From Octopus sinensis (taxonomy: Eukaryota), in contig NC_043001.1 in NCBI RefSeq assembly GCF_006345805.1, positions 43,276,001-43,340,000 of the forward strand: 64,000 nt of DNA, written 5' to 3'. Each line of letters opens with the position of its first letter. Position 1 is the first letter of the stretch. Below the pieces are notes generated by a model, which was given only the letters and a program-made list of their open reading frames with translations, was not told where the DNA came from and made no database searches. Made by a program: the position numbers and the translations under genes. Below are positions 35,690-49,511 of the stretch, one piece after another.

Positions 35690-36050
35690 ACTCTATCATA
35701 CTTGCATACTGACATTGCACATCCAGCAAAGCGTACCGGCTTCATTTTTTTCAAACCTTCACATGTCTTCTGAAGTCATCAACCATGTTTGACTGCCATA
35801 TAGCATGGCAGGCATCATACAATCTATTTTTCACTCTGTAGGAGAAGCACTTTGTTACTAACAAAAGTAGCAGCTCTCTGAACTTTGCCTAACTCGTTCT
35901 CATTCTAGCAACTACGCTCTTAGAGCATCCTTCTCCACTGCTAACTTAGTTGCCTAGGTAATGGAAGCTATCACCCAAGGATCTTTCTGGACATTTGAGA
36001 AAGTCAGTGTTTATTGTACCTGCACATCTGTTACACACAGGCATTGAAAA
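35690..36050 (-). mobile_element. Old degenerate RTE ORF fragment
   Basis: Minus strand resembles the FRYLGDQVSSGGGCSES..RI..AWAKFR.LLPLL region of 37410-38270. Confidence 0.65.
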
Positions 36051-37282
36051 CTCTAATTATGTCTTTGATGAGATTGTTGATACAGAGTGAAAGATTTATA
36101 GTTTTTTGTTTTGCATGTGTGCTCATTTAATTTAGAAATTAGCGTCATTGTCATTTTAATATCCTCTCTTCCATATTTGCATGGATTGGATGAGTAGATC
36201 CTATCACCAGCCCTCGCCTGTTGACATAGAAGATTGGAAATGAAAGATGCTGATGCTTCTTTATAACTGTCATGCAATGTGAAGATGAGAGGACATGAAC
36301 ACACACACATACATATGGCAGGCTTCTTACGGTTTTCTATTTACAAAATCCGTTGAGAAGTTTTTGCTCTGCCTAAGGTTGTCATAGAAGATTTCTCCAA
36401 GGTGGCTCGCAGTGGAACCAGGGCTGTCGCATGACTTTTAGAGGCCCCCTGCAACTTTTTATTTCGAGGCTCCATCTCTTCAATCAAAATTTATAACCTA
36501 CATACTTTTTATTCATAGCTATGTTTTACTTTATTCTATCTGAAGTTCAATATTTTACGTTACCGTAAAGAACGTCTTTAAAAGTACAAGTTGAATTCAT
36601 TTAGGGCTGGAACTATCGTATTATTTCATGTTTAGGAAGGCCAACATTTAATAGGGTTGAATATTTATTTGATAGACTCACAAATATCAGAAGACAAGCA
36701 TTTCAAAATAACAACTATATGCTGAGAAGTTTAGGTAAATTTATAGTTCCACATCCAGCTCAATTTCAGTAGTAAATAATTGTTTTCCCACTTTTTTTTT
36801 TTTTTTTTAGTGCAATCATTTTAGTTGACCTCGTAAGCTGTTGGAAATGCATTTTTCCCCATGGAAAACAGAGGTGGGGGCGACCTTGGAAATTCCCTTT
36901 TCTGACCCCACCTCCAGCATTATTTTTGTTGAATAATGTGTGGGGTGGGATGGAACTGTGGAAATTCCCCTTTCTGACCCTGATTTCACTTGGAAAAGTT
37001 TTTCGGTATTTTTTTTTTCTTTTTTTTTTTTTATGTTATCATCTTAGATGACCTCTTTATATCCTGCAAATGCATTTTTTTTGTGGAAAATGGAGAGGTG
37101 GGGTGCACCCTCAGGAATCCTCCAGCCCTGATTTCACCAGAAATTTTTTTTTCAACTTTTTGCTGTTATCATCTTAGTTGAGCTCCTAATATGCCGCAAA
37201 TGCATTGTTTCTGTTATCAAGTCTTTGAGAACATTCACATCTGTTTTTCAAAAATACATAATTTGAAATAGACTTGATAACA

Positions 37283-37409
37283 GGAATGGCTGTGTGGCAA
37301 GTAGGTTGCTTACCTACCACATGGTTTCTGGATTCAGTGTCTTCTACCAAAGCCTTGTGAGTGGATTTAGTAGACGGAAACTGAAAGAAGCCCATCCTAT
37401 ATGTGTGTA
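37283..37409 (+). mobile_element. SINE family B 5' half (split by LINE insertion; 3' half at 39590-39750)
   Basis: Homology to 15342-15752 resumes after the LINE tail. Confidence 0.8.
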
Positions 37410-39590
37410 TAAGGGCCTTAGAGTAAATGTAGCGAAGACCAAAGTTATAGTATGCAGAAAGGCGAACTCAGTACACCCCCCATCGGGCAGGTGGCCCTGC
37501 TCAAGCTGTAGGAAAGGTGTAGGTAGAAACTCCATAAGATGCACCCAGTGTAAGCTATGGACGCATAGGAGGTGCAGCAACATCGAAGGGAAATTAACTG
37601 ATAAGATAGCTTTCATGTGCGGCAGATGCACAGGGACAATAGACACCACAGACACTCAAAAAACAGATTCCATCACACTCCAGGGGGATAAACTAGAAGT
37701 AGTTGATAGTTTCCGCTACCTGGGTGACCAAGTTAGTAGTGGGGGTGGATGCTCAGAGAGTGTCACCACTAGAATACAAATAGCCTGGGCAAAGTTCAGA
37801 AAGCTTCTACCCCTACTGGCGACAAAGGGTCTCTCACTCAGAGTGAAAGGTAGATTGTATGATGCATGTGTGTGAGCTGCCATGCTTCACGGCAGTGAAA
37901 CATGGGCCGTGACTGCAGAGGACATGCGTAGACTTGAAAGAAATGAAGCTAGCATGATCCGCTGGATGTGTAATGTCAGTGTGAATGCACAACAGAGTGT
38001 AAGCACCCTGAGAGAAATGCTAGGCATAAGAAGCATCAGATGCGGTGTGCAAGAGCGACGCTTGCGATGGTATGGTCATGTACTGCGGATGGATGAGGAG
38101 AGATGTGTGAAGAAGTGCCACTCCCGAACAGTTGAAGGAATCAGGGGGAGAGGTAGACCCAGGAAGACATGGGATGAGGTAGTCAAGCATGACCTCAGAG
38201 CGTTGGGCCTCACTGAGGCAATGGCGAAGGACCGAGACCTCTGGAGATGTGCTGTGACTACTAAGACCCGGGATGCTCCCGGCACCAGTTCCGCATACAC
38301 CCTGCACATCCAAAGTACCTTGGATCCTGGAACATCTCGCTGTGCTTGAGGAGACCTGTCGAGTCTAGTGCATATACATGAACATCGAACCAAATATCAA
38401 TGGAAACAGTAGTTGTGATACCTGTGCCGGTGACACATAGAAAGCACCATCTGATCGTGGCCGTCGCCAGTGCAGCCTCCACTGGCTTCTGTACCGGTGG
38501 CACATAAAAAGCTCCATCCGAACGTGACCGATGCCAACCCCGCTTCGAATGGCTTCTGTGCCGGTGGCACATGAACATCGAACCAAATATCAATGGAAAC
38601 AGTAGTTGTGATACCTGTGCCGGTGACACATATAAAGCACCATCCGAACGTGGCCGATGCCAGTGCAGCCTCCACTGGCTTCTGTGCCGGTGGCACATAA
38701 AAAGCACCATCCGAACATGACCGATGCCAACCCCGCCTCGAATGGCTTCTGTGCCGGTGGCACATGAATATCGAACCAAATATCAATGGAAACAGTAGTT
38801 GTGATACCTGTGCCAGTGACACATATAAAGCACCGTCCGATCGAGGCCGTTGCCAGTGCAGCCTCCACTGGCTTCTGTGCCATAAAGGCAACATCCGAAC
38901 GTGGCCGATGCCAGCACCGCGCCGACTGGCTTCTGTGCCAGTGGGACATAAAAAGCACCAACCGATCGTTGAACATCTCGCTGTGCTTGAGGAGACCTGT
39001 TGAGTCAAGTGCATGTACATGAACATCGAACCAAATATCAATGGAAACAGTAGTAGTTGTGATACCTGTGCCGGTGACACATAAAAAGCACCATCCGAAC
39101 GTGGCCGTCGCCAGTGCAGCCTCCACTGGCTTCTGTGCCGATGGTACATAAAAAGCACCATCCGAACGTGACCGATGCCAACCCCGCCTCGAATGGGTTC
39201 TGTGCCGGTGGCACATAAAAAGCAACATCCGAACGTGGCCGATGCCAGCACTGCCCCGACTGGCTTCTGTGCCGGTGGCACATAAAAATCACCATCTGAA
39301 TGTGACCGATGCCAGCACCGCCTTGACTGGCTTCTGTGCCGGTAGCACAAAAGAAAAAAGCACCAACTGATCGTGGCCGATGCCAGACCCCTCTGGCACC
39401 TGTGCAGGTGGCACGTAAAAAGCACCCACTACACTCGCGGAGTGGTTGGCGTTAGGAAGGCCATCCAGCTGTAGAAACACTGCCAGACCAGACTGGAGCC
39501 TGGGGCAGCCCCTGGCTCCCCAGACCCCGGTCGAACCGTCCAACCCGTGCTAGCGCGGAAAACGGACGTTAAATGATGATGATGATGATG
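37410..39590 (+). mobile_element. 5'-truncated RTE-clade LINE (family C), longest copy, with expanded 3'UTR minisatellite
   Basis: GLRVNVAKTK..., PHD-like Cys cluster (PCSSC..SIRCTQC..W.H..C..CGRC), LEVVDSFRYLG, MLHGSETW, RRLRWYGHV.RM, GRGRPRKTW; one TGA at 37873; (GAT)n tail. Confidence 0.93.
38330..39430 (+). repeat. Complex GC-rich tandem repeat (~60-bp units in larger blocks) within the LINE 3'UTR
   Basis: Recurrent GGCTTCTGTGCCGGTGGCACATAAAAAGCACCATCCGAACGTG and GAACCAAATATCAATGGAAACAGTAGTTGTGATACC. Confidence 0.9.
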
Positions 39591-40610
39591 TGTGTGTGTT
39601 TGTATATGTTTATGTCCCTGTAACTTAGTGGCTCGGTAAAAGAGTCCGATAGAATAAGTACTAGGTTTATAAAGACTAAGTCCTAGGGTTGATTTGCTCA
39701 GCTAAAGGTGATGCTCCAGCATAACTGCAATCAAATGACTGGAAAAAGTAAAATAATTTATAGAAGCAGATTTTCTACAGTGAGATGCCCTTCCTGTCAC
39801 TCTTACCTGTTTCGAAGCAAGCTAATATTTCCCCCATGGCCAGACATGTTTTCACAGAAAATTGTAAATGAAGGGCATTCATTTATAGCTATCATGCTAT
39901 GTCAAGACAAGGAGACAGACTCACACAAATAAATAAGCTTCCTTCAGTTTCCATCTACCAAATCCACTCGCAAGGCTTTGGTTGGTTCAGGGCTATAGTT
40001 GAGGATGCTTGCCCCAGGGTGCCACACAGTGGAACTAAATGCAGAACTATGTGGTTGAGAAGCAAACTTAACTACATATCCTTGCCTATGCCTTACATTA
40101 TTTTGTAATAAAGTATAACACTACCCAAATACAACAGAAGTGGATATAACAATGTGTGTCTATTTTTATGTTTGATATGATCTTGATTCAAGTCACATGC
40201 TAAAATGTGAAACTGGAGTTGTCTTTTTCTTTTTTATATTTTTTTACTGATTTAAACAAAATTATTCACTACTGCTAATAAGTATTTATTCTATTAATTT
40301 GATTGACCTTGAAATGATTTAATTGTTATTAGTGAGTTTGTTACTTACTGGAATGGGAATTTTTTTATATAATTATGTACAAGATATCATGGAAGTTAAT
40401 TGAAGATTTGCCAATTGCCTTCCCTTTAGTAAACAAAATCCTTTTATGATGTCAACTTCTAAAACTGTTTGTTTTTTTTTGTCAATTGTGTGTGGAAATT
40501 GGTAACTGTAGGATCTTTGTTGCCCCATGACTCTATCATGCTTAAGATGTTCTCTTGAATTTACAAAGATTTAAGTTTATTTAGCAACTATATATTCATT
40601 TTGTTCTTAG

Positions 40611-40716
40611 CTCCTGATGTTACAAGATCGCTGTGAAGATAGTGTTCGGGATTATGAAAAATGTATAGAACTGGATCCAAACTTCCCTCATGCCCATGTT
40701 TATAAGTGTCTTGGAG
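40611..40716 (+). CDS. TOMM70: TOMM70 exon 8
   Basis: tcttag|; LLMLQDRCEDSVRDYEKCIELDPNFPHAHVYKCLG; G|gtattt, phase 1. Confidence 0.9.
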
Positions 40717-41564
40717 GTATTTAAAAGGCTTTTATTTTATAACATCTTTATGCAAAATAAATGTTACATGTGTCACAATTCTTGTACAGTATCGTCAATA
40801 AAGGAAACAATAGTTTAGAAGTTTTGGCGGTGGTAGTGGTGGTGTGTGTATATATATGTGCGTGCAGAATAGATTAGAAGCAGATATGGTTTAGCCCTTT
40901 TGATAGTAACCTGCTTGAGACCACCCTTGTTTCTATGATATGAACTTTCTGTTTTACAGTGATCTAAATTAAAACCTTCCCTCCAAATTTCATGTTAATT
41001 TATATTCCAAACACCAGCTTGATAATGACAAAATTATTTTACTAGGTTCTTCATTGTTTTCAAAATGAATTGAAACAAAAGCACTGTATTTCAACAGAAA
41101 TATGTTAATTTAAGGGTCACACAGAAATTCAAACTTTAAAATATTTCTCTTTTAAAACAAGATGGGTGAATGCAAATCTGCTAAACATGTTCACCATTAT
41201 TTTATGTATGCCAACATTATAGCTCCTTATATTAGTTAATTCTGTTAACTAACATCTTTAATCAAGAATTTAATCAAATCAAAATATAAACAGTTATTTA
41301 TTAGACAAGCCTTTTTCTCTCTACCAACATTTTTTATTTAGATTGCAAATCCATACATTCAGTCTTTATTGATATATATTTCTTTCGCAAAAAGTATGTA
41401 TAGTTGGGTTGCAACTCTCTTAATATTCTTAGTCGTCAAAACTGTTGTTCTGTTCTTGTGCTGGTGATAAATAGCTATTAATATTAAAAGTTCAGTATTT
41501 GTCATTTTTCATTTGTTACATATTTTATGACAAAATGAGTTTTGATTTATTGATTTGTTTCTAG

Positions 41565-41683
41565 AACATCGAGCTGCCTTAATAAATAGCTCAGCTGATG
41601 GTTTGGAGAAAGTGGCATCCCAATTTGAAAGAGTTGTGGAAAAATTCCCAAACTGTATTGAAGCTAGGATCAAATTTGGACAG
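41565..41683 (+). CDS. TOMM70: TOMM70 exon 9
   Basis: ttctag|; (E)HRAALINSS...FERVVEKFPNCIEARIKFGQ; |gtaatt. Confidence 0.9.
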
Positions 41684-42169
41684 GTAATTAGCTTTCAGAC
41701 TTAATAAACCAGTTCTTTGTTTGGCATATTTGTTTTTCTGAAGACACTAATTAAATTATCCAACTTATATTTTTCTAATTCATATTTTTGATGTTTAGTT
41801 TATTTGTTAAACTTTAAGGTCTGGAACTAAATCTGAGTTGGTTTTGTTTACTTGACAATATAATGTAAGATTGTATGTAAATGAATAAATTATACATAAA
41901 TTACTTCAGAATTCTATAACTTGATGTTTATAGAAAGTGATTCTTAGTTATATAAGTTCATGCTTTATAATGAATATGATTTAATATACTCCTGCATATT
42001 ATTTTGATTTCGCTAAATAATGAAAATTTAGGGAAAACCTTAAATATTTCTTGGATGAAATGTAGCTCATTAATCATTCCAGTAATTCTTCCATCATAAC
42101 TTGAAAATGCTGTAACAAATTTGGGGATTTCATAATCCCTTATGAAACATTTAAAACTCTTCTTTGCAG

Positions 42170-42267
42170 ACACTTTTGGGGCAAAACAAACCAGAAAAAG
42201 CTAGACATCACTTTGAAAAAGTGTTGGAGTTGGAAGAAGATAATGCAATGGCAACTGTATACATGGG
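42170..42267 (+). CDS. TOMM70: TOMM70 exon 10
   Basis: ttgcag|; TLLGQNKPEKARHHFEKVLELEEDNAMATVYM(G); |gttagt, phase 2. Confidence 0.92.
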
Positions 42268-43588
42268 GTTAGTTCTCTTTACATAATTTTATCAGAAAAA
42301 ATGTCAATTATGTTTAAAGAAAGGTGTTTCCATTTTAATATTATATGTATGTTATACTAATACATCTGTTTGTTTTGTACACCACCTGTCTTTGTCTTTT
42401 GTTTTTTTCGTAAACTCTCCCTTAATATTATATCAGTTGTATATAATGTAAATTTTTAAAGCTAATTGCATCACAGAAACTTGTATACTATTTCTTTCTC
42501 TTGGCACACACATACATACACACTAAATTGTATAAAGTTTTTATTATTAACAAGTGTGTCTGTGTGTGTGGCGATTATTAAATTCAAAGATAACTTATAA
42601 GTGGTATCTATCTTCTGATAACCAAGTATTTTAATTGTGTTTGTTAACTTCAGCAATTGAATTCATTACAGTGGTTGAATGTATTATCCATCACACATTA
42701 AAAGCATCCACTACACTTTGTGGAGTGGTTGTTGTTAGGAAGGGCATCCAGCTATAGAAACCAAACCAAAATAGACAGGAGGCTGGTGCAGTTCTCCAGC
42801 TTACCAGTTCCAGTCATGCCAGCATGAGTTAGATGCTAAATGATGATGATGATATCTATCTATCTATATATATATATGTATATATATGATTTTTATACAT
42901 GTATTTATCTCTCTTTGTCTTGTCAAAGAACAGTGTGATTACTAAGAGAGCATGCAATCACAGTATGTTTAGGAAATAATCTTGTTCAATGGTAGGAAGG
43001 GAAAGATAGGAACTCAATGATGTGTACTCAACACAAGCAATAAGTATACAAAAGGTGCAGTGGATTCTCAGACTGACGGAGAATCAGAACTACAAAGTAG
43101 TTGACAACAGAAGCACCTGTGAAATAAAGTCCATGAACTGTTCAGATAGCTCACTAGATTTTGTTGGTTATCTAAGGGAATTAAATAAGTGGTAAATGTA
43201 GTTGTATCAAAACTGTAGTAGCTAGAGCAAAGAAGAGACGAAAGCAGTTTTGAGAGTCGTCGTCTCTGTTGACAAATAAGTAATGGATTCCTTTCTTTGT
43301 GTCAAAGGTAGACTGTATGATGTATGTGTAAGAAGTGCAAGACTGACATAAAAATAGCTGGCTAATTAACCTAAGCCAAAAAGAGGTGAACAAGAGGTTT
43401 GCTTGTATCAAAGGGACAAGTGGTGTGTATTTTCTGCTGAGTCCAGCTGATCCTAACCAAGTTGAACTAACAGAGAGTCTGGCTCAGGACTACAGGTGCA
43501 TGTAGCTCATTTGTTGTAAGACTATTGATATTATTTTCATTTATATACATGTTCAGGAAACCTCAGGTATTTATATTTTATCTTATAG

Positions 43589-43711
43589 AGTCCTGCTACT
43601 CAGTGAAGAACCAGACTTTGATAAAATTCGCTCTTACATTGAGAAAGCTATTAGTATGGATGAAAAATATGAATATCCATATGAACTCTTTGGTTCTATA
43701 GAAGTTCACAG
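43589..43711 (+). CDS. TOMM70: TOMM70 exon 11
   Basis: ttatag|; VLLLSEEPDFDKIRSYIEKAISMDEKYEYPYELFGSIEVH(R); |gtaaaa. Confidence 0.92.
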
Positions 43712-44439
43712 GTAAAATATTACTTCATTACATATTTCTACTAGCTTGTCTTTTTTTTTTTAAATCAGGAGAAACCTAGCCCAAATGCTTGCAACAAAGT
43801 GGATTTTGCTAAAGTATCCAAGGTGCCAGGTGGTGCTATCAGATTGGGCAACAAGGTTGTCTACTACTGATGCAGGCTTTAGTGAGTTTTGAACTCAGAA
43901 TGCAAAGAGCCAAGGTGTCCAGTCTGTCACTTTGGATAGGTTGAAGGGATGAACAGCAAAGTTAATCTGAACAGGATTTCATCTCAGAGCACAGTAACTG
44001 CATCTCTACACTACATTTTAAATACAAACATGAATAAGATTATTAGCAAAAATAAGTGTGGCTTGGTAAGGTGGCCACAGGATTGCAGGTTTGTATCATG
44101 TCACCAGTAACATGCAGCATCAGTAACAAAGACACTTAACTTTCAATTGTCCAATCTATATATTATGAATTTGTGTATATTACATTTATAACAGGCTTGG
44201 ACTAAAATCCTCCCAAAGGCAAAACCTGCAATAGACTAGCATGTTATCCATGTAAAGGGATGCCTTTCAACTAATTAAAGCTGATAACTGATAAGTTCCA
44301 GTATATTGCAATATTTAGCAAACAACTGTGGGTGAAAAGATAAATAAAAATATAATTTTTAAGAAGGTTACATGAAATAATATTTCAATAAGCCTCTTTT
44401 CTATATTGTGTCTCATGAATTACGATAACTTTTACTACT

Positions 44440-45330
44440 ACATGTCTTCCATATTACTAAACATAGTCAGTAGCACCTATTTCCAATACAACATTGAAGT
44501 AGCTCAGATAAACAGATTTCAAGTCTGCCGATGGGATCTGGCCTCAGGCCTGCTGGCCATCTCATACATGAGTCATCTTGAATGCATGATGCTTAACACC
44601 TACCACTCGTGTGTCTTTTTCTCAGGGTACGTTGACAATATCCTGATACCTCCTGGGAGGAAGCGATTGCCATACATCAAAGTTTCAACAATGTCAGCAG
44701 CCATGTCAGATATAAAGTTGAACCATCTCTCTGCTGCATTTCCAAAATTAAGAACACAGTGGAGGGTTCCATCTATACAAAGTTTTATAGAAAAGTGGCC
44801 AACAGGAATCTTTTCATACACTACGAATCAGCTCTGCCCACCAGAGCTAAAGCCACATATGTGCAAAATGAGATCACACACACGAGACAGATGTAGTGAA
44901 GCAACTGACAAAGCAACCAACATCGAGCAGTTCTTCAAGAGCTTAGCACACAAACGCTATCTGCCATCTGTTGCTCAACAACTGCATCCATGAAACAAAA
45001 GTGGGTAAACCACATACGAAGGTCCATAATGCCAAATCAGAAAAGCGCTTCCTTAAACTGCTCCACTTCAACGACAGATGTAACATGCAATCTGTAAGGG
45101 GATATCCAACCTACAGTTGGTGCACACTGGTCCATCCCTGAGGAAAGTTCTGTTGAGGAAAAATACCACAGATAACATCACGGTGTACACACTAACCAAT
45201 TGGAAGGAACTACATGAAGCAGACTGGTTGCCATAATAGCACCTGTCTGTGCATGTCACCTTTCTGCCCCACACATCTGAGCAACAATTTTTTCCAAATG
45301 TTGTGAAGAAGGTGCCATGTCCCTGAAATA
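44440..45330 (+). mobile_element. Degenerate Penelope-like RT C-terminal fragment
   Basis: Frame reading FYRKVANRNLFIHYESALPTRAK resembles the PLE YRK...Y.H..S.HP region; many frameshifts. Confidence 0.55.
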
Positions 45331-45521
45331 TAGAAATACAATTTTTTATTTTTTATTTATTTTTTTTTTTTTTGTAGTTTACTTTCTACCTTCTTGCATT
45401 GTTCTGGCCTTGGGCAACAAATCTCTTTAAAAATATTTTTTTCTATTAAACTGACTTTCAGACACCCAATTTTGCTGTTGAAATCATAAATTTAACTGCT
45501 TTCTTTTTTTTCTGTTTGCAG

Positions 45522-45702
45522 AGGTAATATAGAATCTGCAGTTACCAATTTTCATAAGGCAATTTCTCTTTCCCGTAGTGATCATGAAATCACTCATCTC
45601 TACACTTTACTTGATGCTACCTTGGCACAGTTGGAAGTATCACGGCGCTTGGGCAACTTAGCATTAGGGCAAGATCTGAATGGTGCTTTTAAGTCATTAT
45701 AA
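45522..45702 (+). CDS. TOMM70: TOMM70 exon 12 (terminal)
   Basis: ttgcag|; GNIESAVTNFHKAISLSRSDHEITHLYTLLDATLAQLEVSRRLG...*; joined CDS is 1749 nt (582 aa) without stops; AATAAA at 45758. Confidence 0.93.
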
Positions 45703-48700
45703 CACTACTTATACCGTTATTCATGCTGGTTCTTCTGTGGACTTAAAATACAATATTAATAAATTAAAACCATATAGAAAAAAGTATCAGTGTTTTCAAG
45801 AATCTTTGATGAACCAACTAGATATAAAGAATGAGTTTATGATAAATGAATTCAATAAAATATTGAGAACAATCAATGTAACAGCAGCATTTAAAAAAAC
45901 TTGCAAAGCCTGTTTTTTGGTACGTGTACATTTTGAATGTTTGACACAAGATAACTAGTTTTAATGTAACCCATTCAGAAAACGTACAAAGTAGAGAAAA
46001 GACATTCTAAGCTAGATAAAATGATCAGTAACTAGCTCTTTCTTGTTGACTGAAATAACATACCTTCCTTTTTTTTAATAATCTTTTTGATATGGAAATG
46101 GTGTCTGTGTGTGCATGTTGAAGATTGTTGTATGTTTGTTGGCAACCCTAATATGATTTATGTTGACTGTTAACACTCAGAATTTGTTCTGTGGTTCTCA
46201 GTTCATATTTAATAAAGGATTAGATGATGAACATTCCTGTCTTTATTATTTTACAATATGCATCTTCTCCGATTTAACATTCCCTACTGTCGTATCAAAC
46301 ACATACACACTCTCTAACCTACTGACACTACTTTTCATTTTCTTTCCTATCTCTGGTAGATTCTTCTCTATCACACCCAACAACTAACTTATGTAATTCT
46401 AGTGAAAACTGTCTTGAGCCCTGATGAATAATACAACCATGCTGGTATCGCTGGTGGACTGACCTATCCATTACTTAGTCCATTTAATTAGTGCTTCCTG
46501 TCACCATTACCATCTGCTCACAATGATAAATTTGTCCCAACCATTATGGGCTCTATTTCGCTTTGCAAGGTGACCCCCAACAATGCTGGTGCAACAAAAA
46601 AATTTACACAATACTCTCTGTAAAGTGGTTGACATTAAGAAGAGTCCAGCTGTAGAAACCATGTCAAAAATGAGACATTAGAGCAAGATCTGGTCTTCTG
46701 AGCTGTTGAAACTTATCAAACCAAAGCATCATAACCATTCTAGCATATGGGAGAATTGTGTAAAATGATTATTGTGTGTCTGTATTATATATAAAATTTT
46801 AATAATGAATATGTAGTTGAATCTATAATTTATCTCCACAATAATCAAACTTTGAAATGCTTTACTTACATCACTGCCGAGCAATAAGGCACAGCTTATT
46901 GTTAAAACAACTATATCATAGGAGAGCCAACTATTTTTCAAATATCATCCAGTAATTTTCATATTCTCTCATTTTCTGAACTTACTTGTATATAACCAGT
47001 TTCATAAAAATAGCACAGCATATCAAACAGACTATTCTTTCCATGCATAAAACACTGTTTTCAGTGTTGGCAATATGTATTACCATACATCAGACTTCAT
47101 GAATTTTGCTTTTTTACATAGAGAAAAAAAATTTGTTGCAAAGGAATGCAGTAATCTGCTATTTTTTTTATCAATCTGTTGACATCAACATCTTTACATC
47201 TATTTGCCCATTATGTAACAAGCTGACTGGTTACTTATTACAGTATTGTTGCGTACATTTTATTTGGTACTGTGAAGTTCGTAAAATTTTTTGCTTACTT
47301 TTTATAACTTGTTGCCTTTATTTTTATTGTAGCTACCAAAATAATGTATACATATATGCAAATGTGTGAGTATATGTATTATATACACACCACAAATATG
47401 AGCGGAGATACATGTCAATGGTTAGCTACTAAGACATAATTTTTCAAAATAACAGTACCCCCTAATGTGGAGACCTTATGCTTATGAACACACACACATT
47501 ATACTAAACCACCTTACTGGATTACCATTAGTATCTCTTAAACATCTTTGTAATCTTTCTTAATAGTTCAAATATTAACTGGAAAAAAAACTTTTCCTTC
47601 TGTCTGTTAAATTCTCCTATTACCCTCTTGCAATGAAACTGTTCCTCTCATGATAGATTAATTTCCTTCAACCTAAACCTCTCACCTTTGTCATCGTACT
47701 CACTTTTATTCTCTCTCTCAATTGTAAGGTCTTTAGTCTTACAAATTGACCTGATCAGCCCAAAAAGTCACACCAAAACTGAGACATTGGAGCAAGGTGT
47801 GATACTCCAAATAGCATTCTGGTCAAACCATCCAGACTTTACCACCACAGAAAGTGGATGTAAAATGATGATGAAATGAATTCAAGCAAAGCTTTTTGAG
47901 CGGTAATAAAAATTCTCAATGGATTAATTGAAGTGTGAAAAAATGGGTTTCTAGAGGTAAACTCCATACAACATTCTGATCAGAATTATATTCACCATGA
48001 AGTTTCTTAGGTCACTCAAAGTTGTTTACAACAAAGCATGTGTCTTTCTATGTATTCAGTTCCAGTTAACTAAATTATACCTATTTTAAAAGATATATGT
48101 TGATGGATAAATATCTGACTCTTGGCATACTTCTGAACATCATTAAGCTTAGAGACTAATTTGTGGTGATGAATGCCTGTGTTTTTATTTGATGTTTCTC
48201 TGAATATAAATCTGTAATCGTTTCAAACAATTTAAATAATGAGGGAAAATCTACAACTTAATACAAAAGAATGCTGCAACAGACTATAATTGTTGTCTAT
48301 CATTATATCTATAAATCCAGTTATTGTTTGCAATAAATATTTCTTCAGCTGTCTTCTTTCTTATCCTTTAGCATCATAAAAAATTATAAACCCTTAGCAA
48401 AATTAACAGCTTGTATAAAAGGTATTCTTAAGCATTGCATTTGATGAGTTCTGTTGAGAAAAAGTTTTCTATGCAAAGAATAAGGATGACAAATCCTTTA
48501 TTACTGAAGATTGCAAGAAGTGTGCAATTTTTTAATGTCATTGAAATACTTTTCTTTATCCATTAAAATTGTAGATGCAATTCTCTAGCCTCAAGAAAAA
48601 ATTTCAAAACTAATTCTTTCTTTCAGCTTTTGTGTATATTTATGATTTCATATTTTGTTTAAGTTATTGATAGCATTTGCCACAGTACTCTCCTTTCATT

Positions 48701-48729
48701 TTGGCATATCGAAGCCAGAGCTGTCAAAT

Positions 48730-49055
48730 TAAAATTGTGGAGGGAAGATCTTCAGACGCTGGGCCTCATTGAGGAAATGACAAGGGACCGGGAATGTGGC
48801 AATTTGTTTTAAGTAAAATCGCTGTCTTCCATACATACAAGCTTATTCTTTCAGGGGTCAGTGCTTCATAAATGCATCCATGCCAGTGGCATGTGAAAAG
48901 CACTCCACACACTTAAATGGTTGACATTAGAAAGGGAATCCAGCTGTAGAAACCATGCCACAACAGACAATTGTAATCTGAACAGCTCCCCAGCTCCATG
49001 TCAAACCATCCAATCCATGCCAGCCTGGAAAATGGACATTAAACGATGATGATGA
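48730..49055 (+). mobile_element. Degenerate RTE-LINE 3' fragment (family C)
   Basis: ORF end DLQTLGLIEEMTRDR plus tail ending GACATTAAACGATGATGATG. Confidence 0.75.
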
Positions 49056-49511
49056 CAATCAGATAATATTTATAGCCAGAATTAGCTAAAATCATTACCT
49101 GATTAACTAATATATGGTTATGAGAAATAGATATTTTTAAAGAATTATAAGAACAATAAATTAAATTTTAGGATTCTCTTAAAAAGTAAATATTTTAATA
49201 AAACAGTCTACCAAACCTTATTTAGCTTCCCTTATAACATCTAAATTTCATTTTTCAATACTAAACAGAAATTGGTTTAGTTTCACTTTGGGTAGTCAGG
49301 AAAGCTGAATTCAGCACCAATAACACCTATGTTCTGGGTTACAGAAACAGACTACTAATGGCTAAATAGCCTCCGAGTCACATTGTTACTGCTATGACCA
49401 TTCTGAAATTGCCTAATATAGTAGGTCTTTAAATTTGCCGTGAAATATGATTAGTTCAACTAATTGTAAACTGCTAACAATGAATGTAGCATGATAATCT
49501 ACATTATTTTT

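Noticed and set aside
38261-39543. Long minus-strand ORFs (342 aa, 212 aa and others)
   Set aside because: They arise from the tandem repeat in the LINE 3'UTR and have no protein-like content.
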